In this document: in pieces, positions 29,625 through 39,680 of the stretch
Layout of the letters: every line of letters starts with the position of its first letter
How positions within the stretch are numbered: the first letter of the stretch is position 1
NCBI GenBank assembly: GCA_965224085.1
Contig: CBDCYI010000011.1
Coordinates: 864,001-928,000 of the forward strand
Length of the DNA stretch: 64,000 bases
Direction: 5' to 3'
From: Candidatus Marinacidobacterales bacterium
GTDB taxonomy: Bacteria; Acidobacteriota; Vicinamibacteria; Marinacidobacterales; SMYC01
Made by a program: the position numbers and the translations under genes
The notes under the pieces: model-generated
Database searches by the model: none
What the model saw: the letters and a program-made list of their open reading frames with translations, nothing else
Told to the model about the DNA's origin: nothing

Positions 29625-31541
29625 TTACGTCTGTTCCCGGATGAGCTCGCGTACTCGATCGAGGAGCTGTTCTTCAGGGATGCTTCTCTTCTCGATGGTG
29701 TTCACCATCCACCCCTTTAAACGTTCCCGCTCCTCGTCGGTCAGGCTTTTTCCGGTAATAGCAACTACTGGGATGTCGCTGTTCTCGGGCGAGCTGCGAA
29801 GAGTCTCGACGACCTGAAAGCCGTCCATCTCGGGCATCATCAAGTTCAGGAGCACCAGAGACGGCCGGCGGGCGTCAACCTTTGCTAGAGCTTCCGCGCC
29901 GTTGGCGGCTTCCATGACCTCGACTCCTTCATGGTCCAGGATGCGCCGCAAGAGCTCGCGCTGATCGGGCTTGTCGTCCACGATGAGCACCGGGGCGGTC
30001 GTCTCCGCCGTTCGTCGATTGAGCACTGCGAGGAGTTGCTTCCGCTTTATCGGCTTCAAAAGATAATCGGACGCCCCAAGCGCGACTGCCGCCCCGCGCT
30101 CTTCCATTACGGTCAACATGATGACCGGGATCTCGCAGAGCTCGGAATCGGCTTTCAGCGCGGCGAGTACGGCCCAGCCATCCATCTTGGGCATCATCAC
30201 ATCGAGCGTGATGGCAGCGGGACGCAGCTCGCGAGCGAGCTCGAGACCTTGCTGGCCGCTTGTGGCCGTATGGACTTCAAAGCCATGGTCGCGCAACATG
30301 CGGCACATGAGGTCGAGCACGTCGTAGTCGTCGTCGATTGCGAGGATCTTGATGGCGTCGGAGCCTTTCGTGGAATTGCCGATAGCCGCGACGACTCCGT
30401 CGAGCACTTCGGTGGTCTCCGATCGGACCCTCGCTGGGAGCGAGACTTGAAAAGTCGTACCGACGTCAGGTTCGCTGTCGACATCGATCTCCCCGTTCAT
30501 CATTTCGCAGAACCTGCGCGTGAGCGCGAGCCCGAGGCCCGCGCCGCCAAACTTTCGCGATGTCGAGAAGTCGGCTTGTGTAAAGGGTTCGAAAATGCCG
30601 CTAATCCGTTCTTCGGCAATGCCGATGCCAGTGTCCCGAACCTTGAACAAGAAAGGCTCCTCGCCGTCGGGCTGCGCCGAGCGTACCGCTTCGATGGTGA
30701 TGACGCCGTCCGAAGTGAACTTGGCGGGGTAGGCGGACTCGGCGGCGTCTTTCGCAGCGATGAGCGCTTCTTCGGCGCACTTCCGCTCTGTAACGTCCTG
30801 TCCGAAGACGTAGACATAGTCGGCGTCCGTAATCGGCGTGATTACGAATCGAAAGACACGGTCCTTGACGTCGACCTCTAGCTCCCCGGAGGTCTGGGAG
30901 TCCAGCGCTTCCTGAAAAGCGGGCCGCCAGACCTTGGGAACGCGCAACTCGTATCGCGCGTCGAGTCGCTTCAAAAGCCGATGCGTCGACTCGTTCGCAA
31001 ACTCGATGATGCCGTTTGGTCCGACCCGCATGATCGGGTTCGGGTTCTCGAGCGTGAACTTCGCCATCGCGCGTGTCTTCGTCTTGGCGTCGCGCTCGGA
31101 GGAGACATCCCTGCCAAAGGCGTAAAGATAGCTTTCGTCCCGGACAGGCGTGATGTCGAGAAGGAAGAGACGGTCCTCTACTTCGAGCTCGATCTGCTGA
31201 GGTGTTCTGGTGCGTCGCGCCGTGTCGAAGGCCTCACGATGGGACTCGGATAAAGGCTTGCCGAGCTGCGAGCCCATCGCCTCGAGAAGCGGCGCGCTGG
31301 CGTCGTTGACGAAGTCGATCTTGCCGTCTTCCGCCACACGGATCAACGGGTTGGGGAACTCGCGCGGAAACCTCGCAAGTGTTCTTAGCTGCTCTAGCTC
31401 ATTGGCATCGGTCAAGCGGTCGTGGCCTCCGAACAATATACGAGCGGGCCCTTGGTTCGACGAAGCCGCCGAGCCGCGAGCTGATAAATATTTGATTTCC
31501 GTGTATCTTTTGATGTTACCGGCTGAGAAGACGTTGGGCAA
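29625..31541 (-). pseudogene. PAS-PAS hybrid sensor kinase with two REC domains, HisKA region deleted
   Basis: AKDAAESA joins directly to YPAKFT; H-box and N-box missing; DTGIG, GAGLGL and two REC domains intact. Confidence 0.78.
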
Positions 31542-31633
31542 GGGCTCTAGATGCCCTCGAGGGCGCGGTCAATGTCCGCGGCGAAACACGGTGGGAACCT
31601 CGGTGAAACGATCCGAGGTCAAGTTGTACGGGC

Positions 31634-32014
31634 TTGTCTCCAGCGTATGGCTTCCTCGGCCGCTTCGACGCCATGGAACGGGTACTGCAGGAAGTCGACG
31701 GAGGCCCCGACGCCTATTTCGTCTCGATCGATGTCAGCGTCGTTAACCCTGCCGAGATGGTTGCGGCTGGGCGTGCAACGTACAACGGCTTGCGTCTCGA
31801 GGAAGTGACCCAGGCCATCCGCCATGTGTGCGCGGCGAAAGAGATCGTCGGTTTTGAAATTACGGACATGGCCCCGATGCTGGATTACTCTCGACTGTCG
31901 GTAATGCATGCGAATGCCGTGCTGAATGCTTGCCTGGTTGGCATCGCGGTGCGCAAGGCCGGCCTCGACCCGGACTACGTTCATCCTTTGGCGCTCGATC
32001 ATGGCCAGCGATAG
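31634..32014 (+). pseudogene. Ureohydrolase (agmatinase-like) C-terminal fragment
   Basis: FVSIDVSVVNP, IVGFEITDMAP; N-terminus absent. Confidence 0.7.
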
Positions 32015-32047
32015 CATGCGCCGTCCCACACGTATTGGAGCTTTGCT

Positions 32048-33604
32048 ATGACATTCGTTTCGATCGGAATTCGTGCCGCGCTGCTCTTGCTTGTCGCGGC
32101 GGTTGCACCGGTTGCCTGGGCCCAGGATGAAAAGCCTGCCACGCCGGAGCACGTGGCCGGTGAGCGGGCGTATCCGTTCGACACCGTCGACCCACGGGAG
32201 GAGGAAAAGCCGCCTATTGAACTGCCCGACAGCGTGGCGCCAAAGCTCGAATTGCTGACGCCGGAGCAAATCGAGTTTCTGAAGAGCGGCGATGCACGTG
32301 CCTTTACCGGGCCAGCCGAAGATGCCGCCCTCGCGCTCGAGGAACGCACACCGGAGGAAGTAAAGGCGTGGGTCGAGGCCATGCAACAGGTAGTGGAGCA
32401 AAGACGCTACACCGAAGCCCGAGACTTGCCCAACATTCCCTTCAACACCGAATCGCCCTATTTCAATGCGTGGCGATTACGGCGTCCCCGCTCCATGGAT
32501 CCAGAGCGGGAGGCGGGACCGGTCGCGCTCGGTCGCTATCGCGGCGGGGTCGGTCCGCCAACATTTGGCGGTTTCCCACTGGCGCTGTCGAAGGAAGATC
32601 TGGTCGCGGGTGAGGTTGATGTCGCCATCCTGGGCGCGCCCCTGAATATGGGCTCGGGATGGCGCGACTCGGGCGAGCGCGCCACCGTCGAGCTTCGCCT
32701 GCGCGGCCGGGCCATGGGCGGAGCGGACCAGTATGTGCAAATTGATGCATCTAAGGCAATGACCGTCGTGGACTACGGCGACGTTGCGGTAGACAACGAA
32801 AGCACCGAACGGTCCATGTGCCACGTACGCGATATTGTGCGCGAGATCGCGGAGACGGGAGCCGTACCCATGATTGTCGGCGGCGACCACTCATTGGAGT
32901 ATCCCAATGTTGCGGCCCTGGCAGACGTTTATGGGAAGGAAAAGGTATCCGTTATTCACTTCGACTCGCATTACGATGCGTGGTGGGGCGGCACCCACCT
33001 GATCAGTCATGGATACCCCGTGTACCGCCTGATTAATGAAGGCCATGTGCGGGCTGCGGATTACATCCAGGTCGGGCTGCTCTCGAGCGGACCCGACAAG
33101 TCGGGTTTCAAATGGATGCGGGAACAGGGCATGCGCTATCACACCATGGCCGAGATTGAGCGGCGGGGCTGGGATGCCGTGCTTGACCGGGTTGTCGCCG
33201 AGGCCAGTGAAGAGGGGCGCAAGCTGCACATCTCTTTTGACATTGATGTTGTCGATCCCGCATTCACAGTGGCTACCGGCACACCGGTTCCAGGCGGGCT
33301 CACCATGCGCAAAGCGATTACCATCGTGCGCCGCCTGTGTGCGGAGTCCAATGTGGTGGGTTTCGACCTGGTCGAATTGCATCCTGCACTGGATCCGACC
33401 TACCAGACTACGCTCAACAGTGTGCATATCGTCAAAGCGTGCCTGACGGGACTCGCGGTGAACAAGGAAGAGCTGACTGAGAAGCATTACCTGAGCCCGT
33501 TGTCATCGGAGCACGCCATAGACGACTACTATGGCGACCAGCAACAGTACCTGGACGCGACAAAGGCAGAGAAAGAGAAGGAAGAAGAAAAAAAGAAGGA
33601 GTGA
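32048..33604 (+). CDS. Secreted agmatinase/ureohydrolase-family protein with N-terminal extension
   Basis: Signal peptide (AWA-Q); GGDHS, HFDSHYD, SHG, SFDIDVVDP, PGGLT. Confidence 0.88.
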   Translation: MTFVSIGIRAALLLLVAAVAPVAWAQDEKPATPEHVAGERAYPFDTVDPREEEKPPIELPDSVAPKLELLTPEQIEFLKSGDARAFTGPAEDAALALEERTPEEVKAWVEAMQQVVEQRRYTEARDLPNIPFNTESPYFNAWRLRRPRSMDPEREAGPVALGRYRGGVGPPTFGGFPLALSKEDLVAGEVDVAILGAPLNMGSGWRDSGERATVELRLRGRAMGGADQYVQIDASKAMTVVDYGDVAVDNESTERSMCHVRDIVREIAETGAVPMIVGGDHSLEYPNVAALADVYGKEKVSVIHFDSHYDAWWGGTHLISHGYPVYRLINEGHVRAADYIQVGLLSSGPDKSGFKWMREQGMRYHTMAEIERRGWDAVLDRVVAEASEEGRKLHISFDIDVVDPAFTVATGTPVPGGLTMRKAITIVRRLCAESNVVGFDLVELHPALDPTYQTTLNSVHIVKACLTGLAVNKEELTEKHYLSPLSSEHAIDDYYGDQQQYLDATKAEKEKEEEKKKE

Positions 33605-33705
33605 CGACGCACAACTTCGCCTCGCGTCTCACGCCGTCGCTCTGCTCGAGCCCGTAGATCTGCGCGACGTTGGGATGGTTCAGCGCGGCGAGAAGCTCGG
33701 CCTCC
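33605..33705 (-). pseudogene. Short Ser/Thr kinase remnant
   Basis: Minus strand reads EAELLAALNHPNVAQIYGLEQ. Confidence 0.55.
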
Positions 33706-33906
33706 CGCCCCCTCTATTCCAGCCTTATACGAAGAATCGAACGTTGATCCAAAGTTGATCCAAGAGTCGGTGGAATTCTCGAAATCGTCTATCTAGTGTC
33801 AGTCACTTAGGGTGAAATCGATTGGATATCTTTCCCTGTTTTCTGTAGTTTCCAGTCGTAGACGCTAATTCTTGGAATGCCCCAAATGTCTTTATAATGT
33901 TACGTT

Positions 33907-34647
33907 GTGATGGACCACAGCGAGGCGCCGCGCAGGTTTCCTGAAACGCGCCATTCGATCGTGCGCGATTTGTCCGAAGGCGACGGTGAACGGCGCGACC
34001 AGGCGTTCGCGAGTCTCGTCGAAGCCTACTGGAAGCCCGTCTACACCTACCTCCGCCTCTACAAACATATCGCCCGCGACGATGCCGAGGATCTCACGCA
34101 GGGGTTTTTTGCTTTCGCCTTCGAGAAAGGGACGCTCGCGCGCTTTGATTCGGAACGGGCGAAGTTTCGCACGTGGGTACGGACGTGCCTCGACGGCTAC
34201 GTGGCCAACGAGCGCAAAGCCGCCCAGCGGCTGAAGCGCGGCGGCGCCTACCAGCATGTCTCGCTCGATTTCGAGACCGCGGAGGGCGAGCTACGGCAGC
34301 GGGAGATCGCGGCGGCGGACGACGTCGAGGCGTTTTTTCATCGCGAGTGGATGCGCGAGCTGCTCGCGAGCGCTATCGACGATCTTCGTGAGGCATCGGC
34401 GCGCGAAGGACGAGAGCTCGAGTTCAAAATATTCGAGCGCTACGACGTCGACCGCCCGGACGTAGCCGTGCTCACTTATGCGGAGCTCGCACGCGAGCTC
34501 GGGGTCTCCGCGAGCAAGGTGACCAACGCACTCCGCGCGATGCGGCAGAGACTGCGCGAGCGTGTCTTGAGCCGTCTCGACGGAATATCGACGAGCGAAA
34601 CAGACTTCAAAGAGGATGTGCGGACGCTTTTCGGAGACGGCTCGTGA
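33907..34647 (+). CDS. ECF sigma factor (kinase-associated type)
   Basis: FPETRHSIV, YWKPVYTYLR, DAEDLTQGFF, KFRTW, YAELARELG. Confidence 0.88.
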   Translation: MMDHSEAPRRFPETRHSIVRDLSEGDGERRDQAFASLVEAYWKPVYTYLRLYKHIARDDAEDLTQGFFAFAFEKGTLARFDSERAKFRTWVRTCLDGYVANERKAAQRLKRGGAYQHVSLDFETAEGELRQREIAAADDVEAFFHREWMRELLASAIDDLREASAREGRELEFKIFERYDVDRPDVAVLTYAELARELGVSASKVTNALRAMRQRLRERVLSRLDGISTSETDFKEDVRTLFGDGS

Positions 34648-35651
34648 CGTTTCTCTCGAATCGAGCGCTCGAGCATCTCCGTCGGGTGGCTGAGCTTCCC
34701 AAGCTCCCCGGAGGTCGCTATACGGTCGTCGGGGAGATCGCGCGGGGCGGGATGGGCACGGTCTATGTGGCGCGGGACGAGGAGCTCGAACGTCGCGTCG
34801 CGCTCAAAGTGCTGAGCGCCACAGAGCTCGGAGAAGACGGGCGCGCGCGCATGGCGCGGGAAGCGCGCATCCTGGCGCAGCTCGAGCATCCTGGGATCGT
34901 GCCGGTCCATGATGTCGGCACGCTCGCGGATGGCCGTGTCTACTACACGATGAAGCTCGTCGAGGGCGAGAGGCTCGACGAGCACGTGCGGCTGAAGCTC
35001 GGCTTGCGGGAGCGCCTCCGGATTTTCGAGCGCATGTGCGAAGCGGTGGCTTTCGCCCATGCCCACGGGGTCATCCATCGCGACCTCAAACCCAGCAACG
35101 TTATGGTAGGGCCGTTCGGCGAAGTCTTGGTGTTGGATTGGGGTGTCGCGAAGATCCTCGACGATAGCGCGGAACAGCGGGCTGCGGCGTCGACGGTGCC
35201 CGTGGCGACTGCCCCTGTGGACTTTCACGAAGCGGTAACGCGTGCCGCTCCGTCAGGCCAGACCCGTGCCGGGACGGTGCTCGGGACACCCGGCTACATG
35301 GCGCCGGAACAAGCCGCTGGCAGAGTAGACCTTGTCGACGCCCGGGCGGATGTCTATGCTCTCGGCGTCATGTTGAAAGAGCTCGTGGACAGAGCCGACG
35401 AAGCCGTGCCGCGTCGCCTCCAGGCGATCGCGGTCAAAGCGCTCTCCCAGGAGCTCGATGGGCGCTACGCGGGGGTGCCGGAGCTCACAGGCGACGTCGC
35501 CAACTTTCTCGACGGTGAGCCCGTCTCGGCCTATCGCGAGGGGTTGGTCGAAATCGCGGCGCGATGGTTCGAGCGCTACCGTGCACCGATCTTGCTCATC
35601 GTCACCTATCTCGTTGTGCGGGCGCTGATTCTTGTCATCGCTGGTACTTGA
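34644..35651 (+). CDS. Ser/Thr protein kinase with C-terminal TM helix
   Basis: ARGGMG, VALK, HRDLKPSN, DWG, GTPGYMAPEQ; GTGA overlap with the ECF gene. Confidence 0.92.
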   Translation: MTFLSNRALEHLRRVAELPKLPGGRYTVVGEIARGGMGTVYVARDEELERRVALKVLSATELGEDGRARMAREARILAQLEHPGIVPVHDVGTLADGRVYYTMKLVEGERLDEHVRLKLGLRERLRIFERMCEAVAFAHAHGVIHRDLKPSNVMVGPFGEVLVLDWGVAKILDDSAEQRAAASTVPVATAPVDFHEAVTRAAPSGQTRAGTVLGTPGYMAPEQAAGRVDLVDARADVYALGVMLKELVDRADEAVPRRLQAIAVKALSQELDGRYAGVPELTGDVANFLDGEPVSAYREGLVEIAARWFERYRAPILLIVTYLVVRALILVIAGT

Positions 35652-35754
35652 ACTTTTTTGTGGCCAGACTCAAACAAATCCGGGCGGGCGTTTTATAGAG
35701 GGGTGTGGGCGCGGTATCATCCGCGACCCGTTCTCGAGGAACTGGAGGATTCAC

Positions 35755-36123
35755 ATGAACCGACCGCTCGTAGGACTTTTGCTCGGAGGGCTCATCGGCT
35801 TGTTCGACGGCTCCACGGCGTTTTTTACTGCCCCGGAAATGCGCGCCGAGCTCGCCGGGATCGTGATGGGCTCTGCCTTCAAAGGCGTCATTGCCGGTCT
35901 TGTTGCCGGCATCATCGCCCGCAAGACGGGCTCCATTACTTTCGGTGTAGTGACGGGGCTCGTGGCCGCGCTCGCTCTGGCGATCCCAATCGCTCACATG
36001 AACGCGACTTACTACGGTGACGCCACCATTTACTGGAAGATCATTCTTCCGGGCGCTGTCACGGGGATGACCGTCGGCTACGGTATCGTCCGCTTCGGCC
36101 GGCCGTCCCCGTCGGCGCACTAG
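35755..36123 (+). CDS. Small 4-TM membrane protein
   Basis: GGAGG SD before ATG 35755; Gly-rich hydrophobic helices. Confidence 0.7.
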   Translation: MNRPLVGLLLGGLIGLFDGSTAFFTAPEMRAELAGIVMGSAFKGVIAGLVAGIIARKTGSITFGVVTGLVAALALAIPIAHMNATYYGDATIYWKIILPGAVTGMTVGYGIVRFGRPSPSAH

Positions 36124-36170
36124 TGCCCTTCGGACTCGTGCTCGCAGAGACGTTGCGCGAACGCTAGCGA

Positions 36171-37070
36171 TCAAGTCCAGAGGTGGCCTTCCATGACTTG
36201 GACCGCGTGTCCGCCGACACGGACCGCGAGGCCATCTCCGTTGCGCTCGCACTGTACGTAGATACGACCCTCCCGTCCAATCTCGATGCCTTGCTCGGAG
36301 ACGTACTCGAATGACGCGTCTTCCGCGTAGCGATGTTTCGCGAGATAGGCTGCCGTCGAACCGTTGCCGGAGCCGCACGGCGGATCTTCAGAAACGCCCT
36401 CGCCGGGCGCGAAGGACCGGATCCGATAGCTCGCTTCGTTTGCCTGAGCTTCCGGGCAAAACGTTGTGATACCGATCGCGCCACGCTCGCGGCAGACGCT
36501 CTCGATAAGGCGTTGATCGGGCTCGAGCGCGGACATGGCCCGGAGAGAGTGCAGGGGGATGATTATCCACCAAAGCCCCGTCGAGACGATCTCGGCAGCG
36601 CTTTCACCGATGTCGGACGCCGCGCAACCGAGCATCGAGGCAGCGAGGCCCGCATCGACTTCGGCGTCGCGATAGGCGGGCTCTGCTTGTGTCATGGCAA
36701 AGCGCACTTCGTCGCGTTCGTCACCGGCGCGCTCGAAGGCGACCGGCACGATACCGATCCCGCATTGCTGGCGCAATAAGTCTTCCTCGGGTGTGACCCG
36801 CTTCGAGGTCAGCATCGCATAGGCGGTCGCGAGGGTGGGATGGCCGGCAAACGGAAGCTCGCTTTGCGGCGTGAAGATGCGGGACCAGTAATGCGCACTG
36901 GGCTCGGTCGGCGGCAAGACGAACACCGTCTCCGAGAGATTCATTTCACGCGCGATGCGCTGCATCGTCTCCTGCGAGAGTCCCTCGGCGTCGAAGACGA
37001 CGGCTGCGGGGTTGCCGTAATAACGGTTTTTGGAGAACGCGTCGACTTGCCAGAAATATCGCTTCTTCAT
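36171..37070 (-). CDS. PhzF-family isomerase
   Basis: QVDAF, GNPAAV, EMNLSETVF, ELPFAGHPT, EDPPCGSG. Confidence 0.92.
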   Translation of the reverse strand: MKKRYFWQVDAFSKNRYYGNPAAVVFDAEGLSQETMQRIAREMNLSETVFVLPPTEPSAHYWSRIFTPQSELPFAGHPTLATAYAMLTSKRVTPEEDLLRQQCGIGIVPVAFERAGDERDEVRFAMTQAEPAYRDAEVDAGLAASMLGCAASDIGESAAEIVSTGLWWIIIPLHSLRAMSALEPDQRLIESVCRERGAIGITTFCPEAQANEASYRIRSFAPGEGVSEDPPCGSGNGSTAAYLAKHRYAEDASFEYVSEQGIEIGREGRIYVQCERNGDGLAVRVGGHAVQVMEGHLWT

Positions 37071-37155
37071 GACGCTAGCTTGGCGCGTTAGCTCGCTCTA
37101 AAGCGAATGCGTCGGGACAATTACTAGTCGCGTGTATCACTACTGTTACAGGGGG

Positions 37156-37815
37156 CTAGGCCAGCCGAACCGCGCCGATGGCGAGCGTCGCCGCGGCTTG
37201 CGTGGGATCGATGACGGGCACGCCGAGCGCGTCCTCGAGCCGTTCCCGATAGCGCGCCATCCCAGCGCAACCGAGGATTAGAACGTTCGCGTCATCTTCG
37301 TCACGCAAGCGCCGGCCCGCTACAACGAGTTTTTCGAAAACATCGTCTTCGCCCGCGAGATCGACCACGCCGACGCCTATCGCCACGTCGCCGGCGAAAC
37401 GAGCGGAGAGACCCGCGGCGCGCACCGCGCGCTGGTGCCGTGGGATCGACGCGTCGAGAATCGAGATGATGCCGAAGCGCTCCCCGCCGGTGAGGGCAGT
37501 GACCATGGCGCTCTCGGCAATCCCGAAAACGGGCTTCGACGTCGTCTCGCGCGCCGCATGCAATCCTGGATCGCTGTAGCACGCGATGATGAAAGCACTC
37601 GCGGAGTCGTCACGCGATCGGATCAAATCACAGAGCGGCGCAACGACGGCATCGGCCTGCGCTTGCGACTCGATGCCGGGCGGACCTGCTGTCAACGTTA
37701 CGCATTCGATCGGCGGGCCGCCTTCGAGCCGAAGCGGATCGAGCGCGCGGTCGATGCCGCGCGTGACTTCCTCGCTCGAGTTGGGATTGATGACGACGAT
37801 GGGGTCCACGATCAT
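37156..37815 (-). CDS. Asp/Glu/hydantoin racemase-family protein
   Basis: VINPNSS, IACYSDPG, ILGCAGM, PVIDP. Confidence 0.9.
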   Translation of the reverse strand: MIVDPIVVINPNSSEEVTRGIDRALDPLRLEGGPPIECVTLTAGPPGIESQAQADAVVAPLCDLIRSRDDSASAFIIACYSDPGLHAARETTSKPVFGIAESAMVTALTGGERFGIISILDASIPRHQRAVRAAGLSARFAGDVAIGVGVVDLAGEDDVFEKLVVAGRRLRDEDDANVLILGCAGMARYRERLEDALGVPVIDPTQAAATLAIGAVRLA

Positions 37816-38210
37816 CGAACCGCAAGACGGCTTTCGATCATGATGCACGCGTTGGCGAGGTAGTTGAAACCGTGCTCCTGCAGAAAGGACATCGCTTCCG
37901 GGCTCTCGGCGCCTGGCTGGAGCCAGACATTCATGAGATCCAGCGCAAGACTCTCTTCCAAGATTTGGGTCGTTACGGAGGGCGGCACGACGATGTTCAC
38001 AATCGTCGGCTTCTCTGGAATCTCGGCGAGCCTCGAATAGGCCTTGTCGCCGTCGACTTCGGAGCGATTCGAGTTGACGGGATAGATGCTGTAACCCTTG
38101 CGCTTGAGGTCCCGATAGATGACGTAGCCATATTTCCCCGAGTTGTCCGTGGCGCCGACGACCGCGACCGTCGTTTCCGCCTCGGTCAAGAGCGAAGCGA
38201 TATCTTCCAT
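37812..38210 (-). CDS. CoA-binding domain protein
   Basis: VAVVGAT, YPVN, VWLQPG. Confidence 0.88.
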   Translation of the reverse strand: MEDIASLLTEAETTVAVVGATDNSGKYGYVIYRDLKRKGYSIYPVNSNRSEVDGDKAYSRLAEIPEKPTIVNIVVPPSVTTQILEESLALDLMNVWLQPGAESPEAMSFLQEHGFNYLANACIMIESRLAVR

Positions 38211-38224
38211 GGGATGATTCTAAC

Positions 38225-38896
38225 TCAAACAGGTGCAGCCAAACGGTGCTCCATCGTGCTCAAGAGCCGCACGAGGGGCCAGAGGAGCGCGAAGTAAACG
38301 AGCGCGGCCATCACGAGGGGGGTGGGGTTGAAGGTTACGCCCTGCGCAATGCGTGCCATTCGCAAGAGCTCCGGAAGTGCAACGACGCTCGCGAGCGAAG
38401 TGAGCTTCACCACTTCGAGCGTATTGCTCACGAGGTCGGGAAGCACGTTACGTGTGGCTTGAGGCAAGACGACGTAAGCCATCGTTTGGAAGGATGAGAG
38501 CCCCGTCGAGCGTGCCGCTTCCCGCTGCCCGGCGGGAACGCTTTCGATGCCCGCGCGAAAAATCTCTCCGTAGAAGCTCGACGTGTTCAAAACAAAAGCG
38601 AGGCTCACGGCAGCGAGATTCGAAATCTCGATCCCGAGATAGGGAAGCGCGTAGAAGACAAAGATGACGAGGACGAGAGGCGGGAAAGCGCGGAAGAAGT
38701 CGATATAGACGATGAGCACGGCGTGGAGCCATCGCTTGTGCGAGCTGAAGAGCATCGCGAGCACCGCGCCGCTCACGACGCCTGTCGGGATGACGATGGC
38801 CGAGAGCTGAAGCGTCATGAAGAGTCCCCGAACCAAGTAGGGGAGGCTCGCCTCCATGACCTCGGGATTGAAGAAGCTCTCGATGAGAGATTCCAT
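38225..38896 (-). CDS. Polar amino-acid ABC transporter permease
   Basis: EIFRAGIESVPAGQREAARSTG EAA motif. Confidence 0.92.
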   Translation of the reverse strand: MESLIESFFNPEVMEASLPYLVRGLFMTLQLSAIVIPTGVVSGAVLAMLFSSHKRWLHAVLIVYIDFFRAFPPLVLVIFVFYALPYLGIEISNLAAVSLAFVLNTSSFYGEIFRAGIESVPAGQREAARSTGLSSFQTMAYVVLPQATRNVLPDLVSNTLEVVKLTSLASVVALPELLRMARIAQGVTFNPTPLVMAALVYFALLWPLVRLLSTMEHRLAAPV

Positions 38897-39008
38897 TACA
38901 GTTTAGTGCTCGCTCTTTCTACGTTCGCTCGCCCGGCATTTCATCGGCCCATTCGGGCCGGGCTCGCTCCGCTCGCAGCAGGGAGCCGTTGCGTTCGTCA
39001 GCACCCTG

Positions 39009-39680
39009 CTAATGCCTCCAGCCAAAGCGCGATTCCACCCATCGGCTCGCCACCACGAGTGGGAGAAAGAGCACGAGGTAGGCTATCGCTGCGAGCGTCA
39101 ACGGAGACGGGTTGGCGGTTTGCGCCTGGATGCTCGTCGCTTGATTCAGGATCTCGGGTACGGCGATGACCGAGGCGAGGGCCGTCCCCTTGCCGATGGC
39201 GATCGCGCGGTTCGTGAGCGGCGGGATAGCGAGGCGGATCGCCTGAGGGAGCACGACATGGACAAGCGTCGCGCCCGAGCCGAGGCCCGTCGCGCGCGCG
39301 GCCTCCCACTGACTCTCGTCGACGGACAAGATGCCGGCCCAGAAGATCTCTTCAGAAAAGGCTGCGAGGACGAGGCTCAACCCGAGCCATGCGGCGGTGA
39401 ATCCTGAGAGCTGGATGTCGAGGTAAGGGAGCGCGAAGTAGAGCACGATCAAGATAACGAGTGGGGGGAGCGCGCGGAACGCGTCGACGAAGATGACGAT
39501 CAGGATGTTGAGAGGCCGTCTGCGCCCAACGCGCACGAGCGCGAGTGCTAGGCCGAGCGTGATGCCCGTTGGGATGATGGCGAGCGTCAGCTGCAGCGTC
39601 ACCCGGAGCCCCTCCGCGACGGCCGGCAGCGCTTGCGCCAGAATCGCGGCGTTGAAAAAACTGTCGACGAGCGATCCCAT
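39009..39680 (-). CDS. Polar amino-acid ABC transporter permease
   Basis: SQWEAARATGL, VVLPQA. Confidence 0.92.
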   Translation of the reverse strand: MGSLVDSFFNAAILAQALPAVAEGLRVTLQLTLAIIPTGITLGLALALVRVGRRRPLNILIVIFVDAFRALPPLVILIVLYFALPYLDIQLSGFTAAWLGLSLVLAAFSEEIFWAGILSVDESQWEAARATGLGSGATLVHVVLPQAIRLAIPPLTNRAIAIGKGTALASVIAVPEILNQATSIQAQTANPSPLTLAAIAYLVLFLPLVVASRWVESRFGWRH

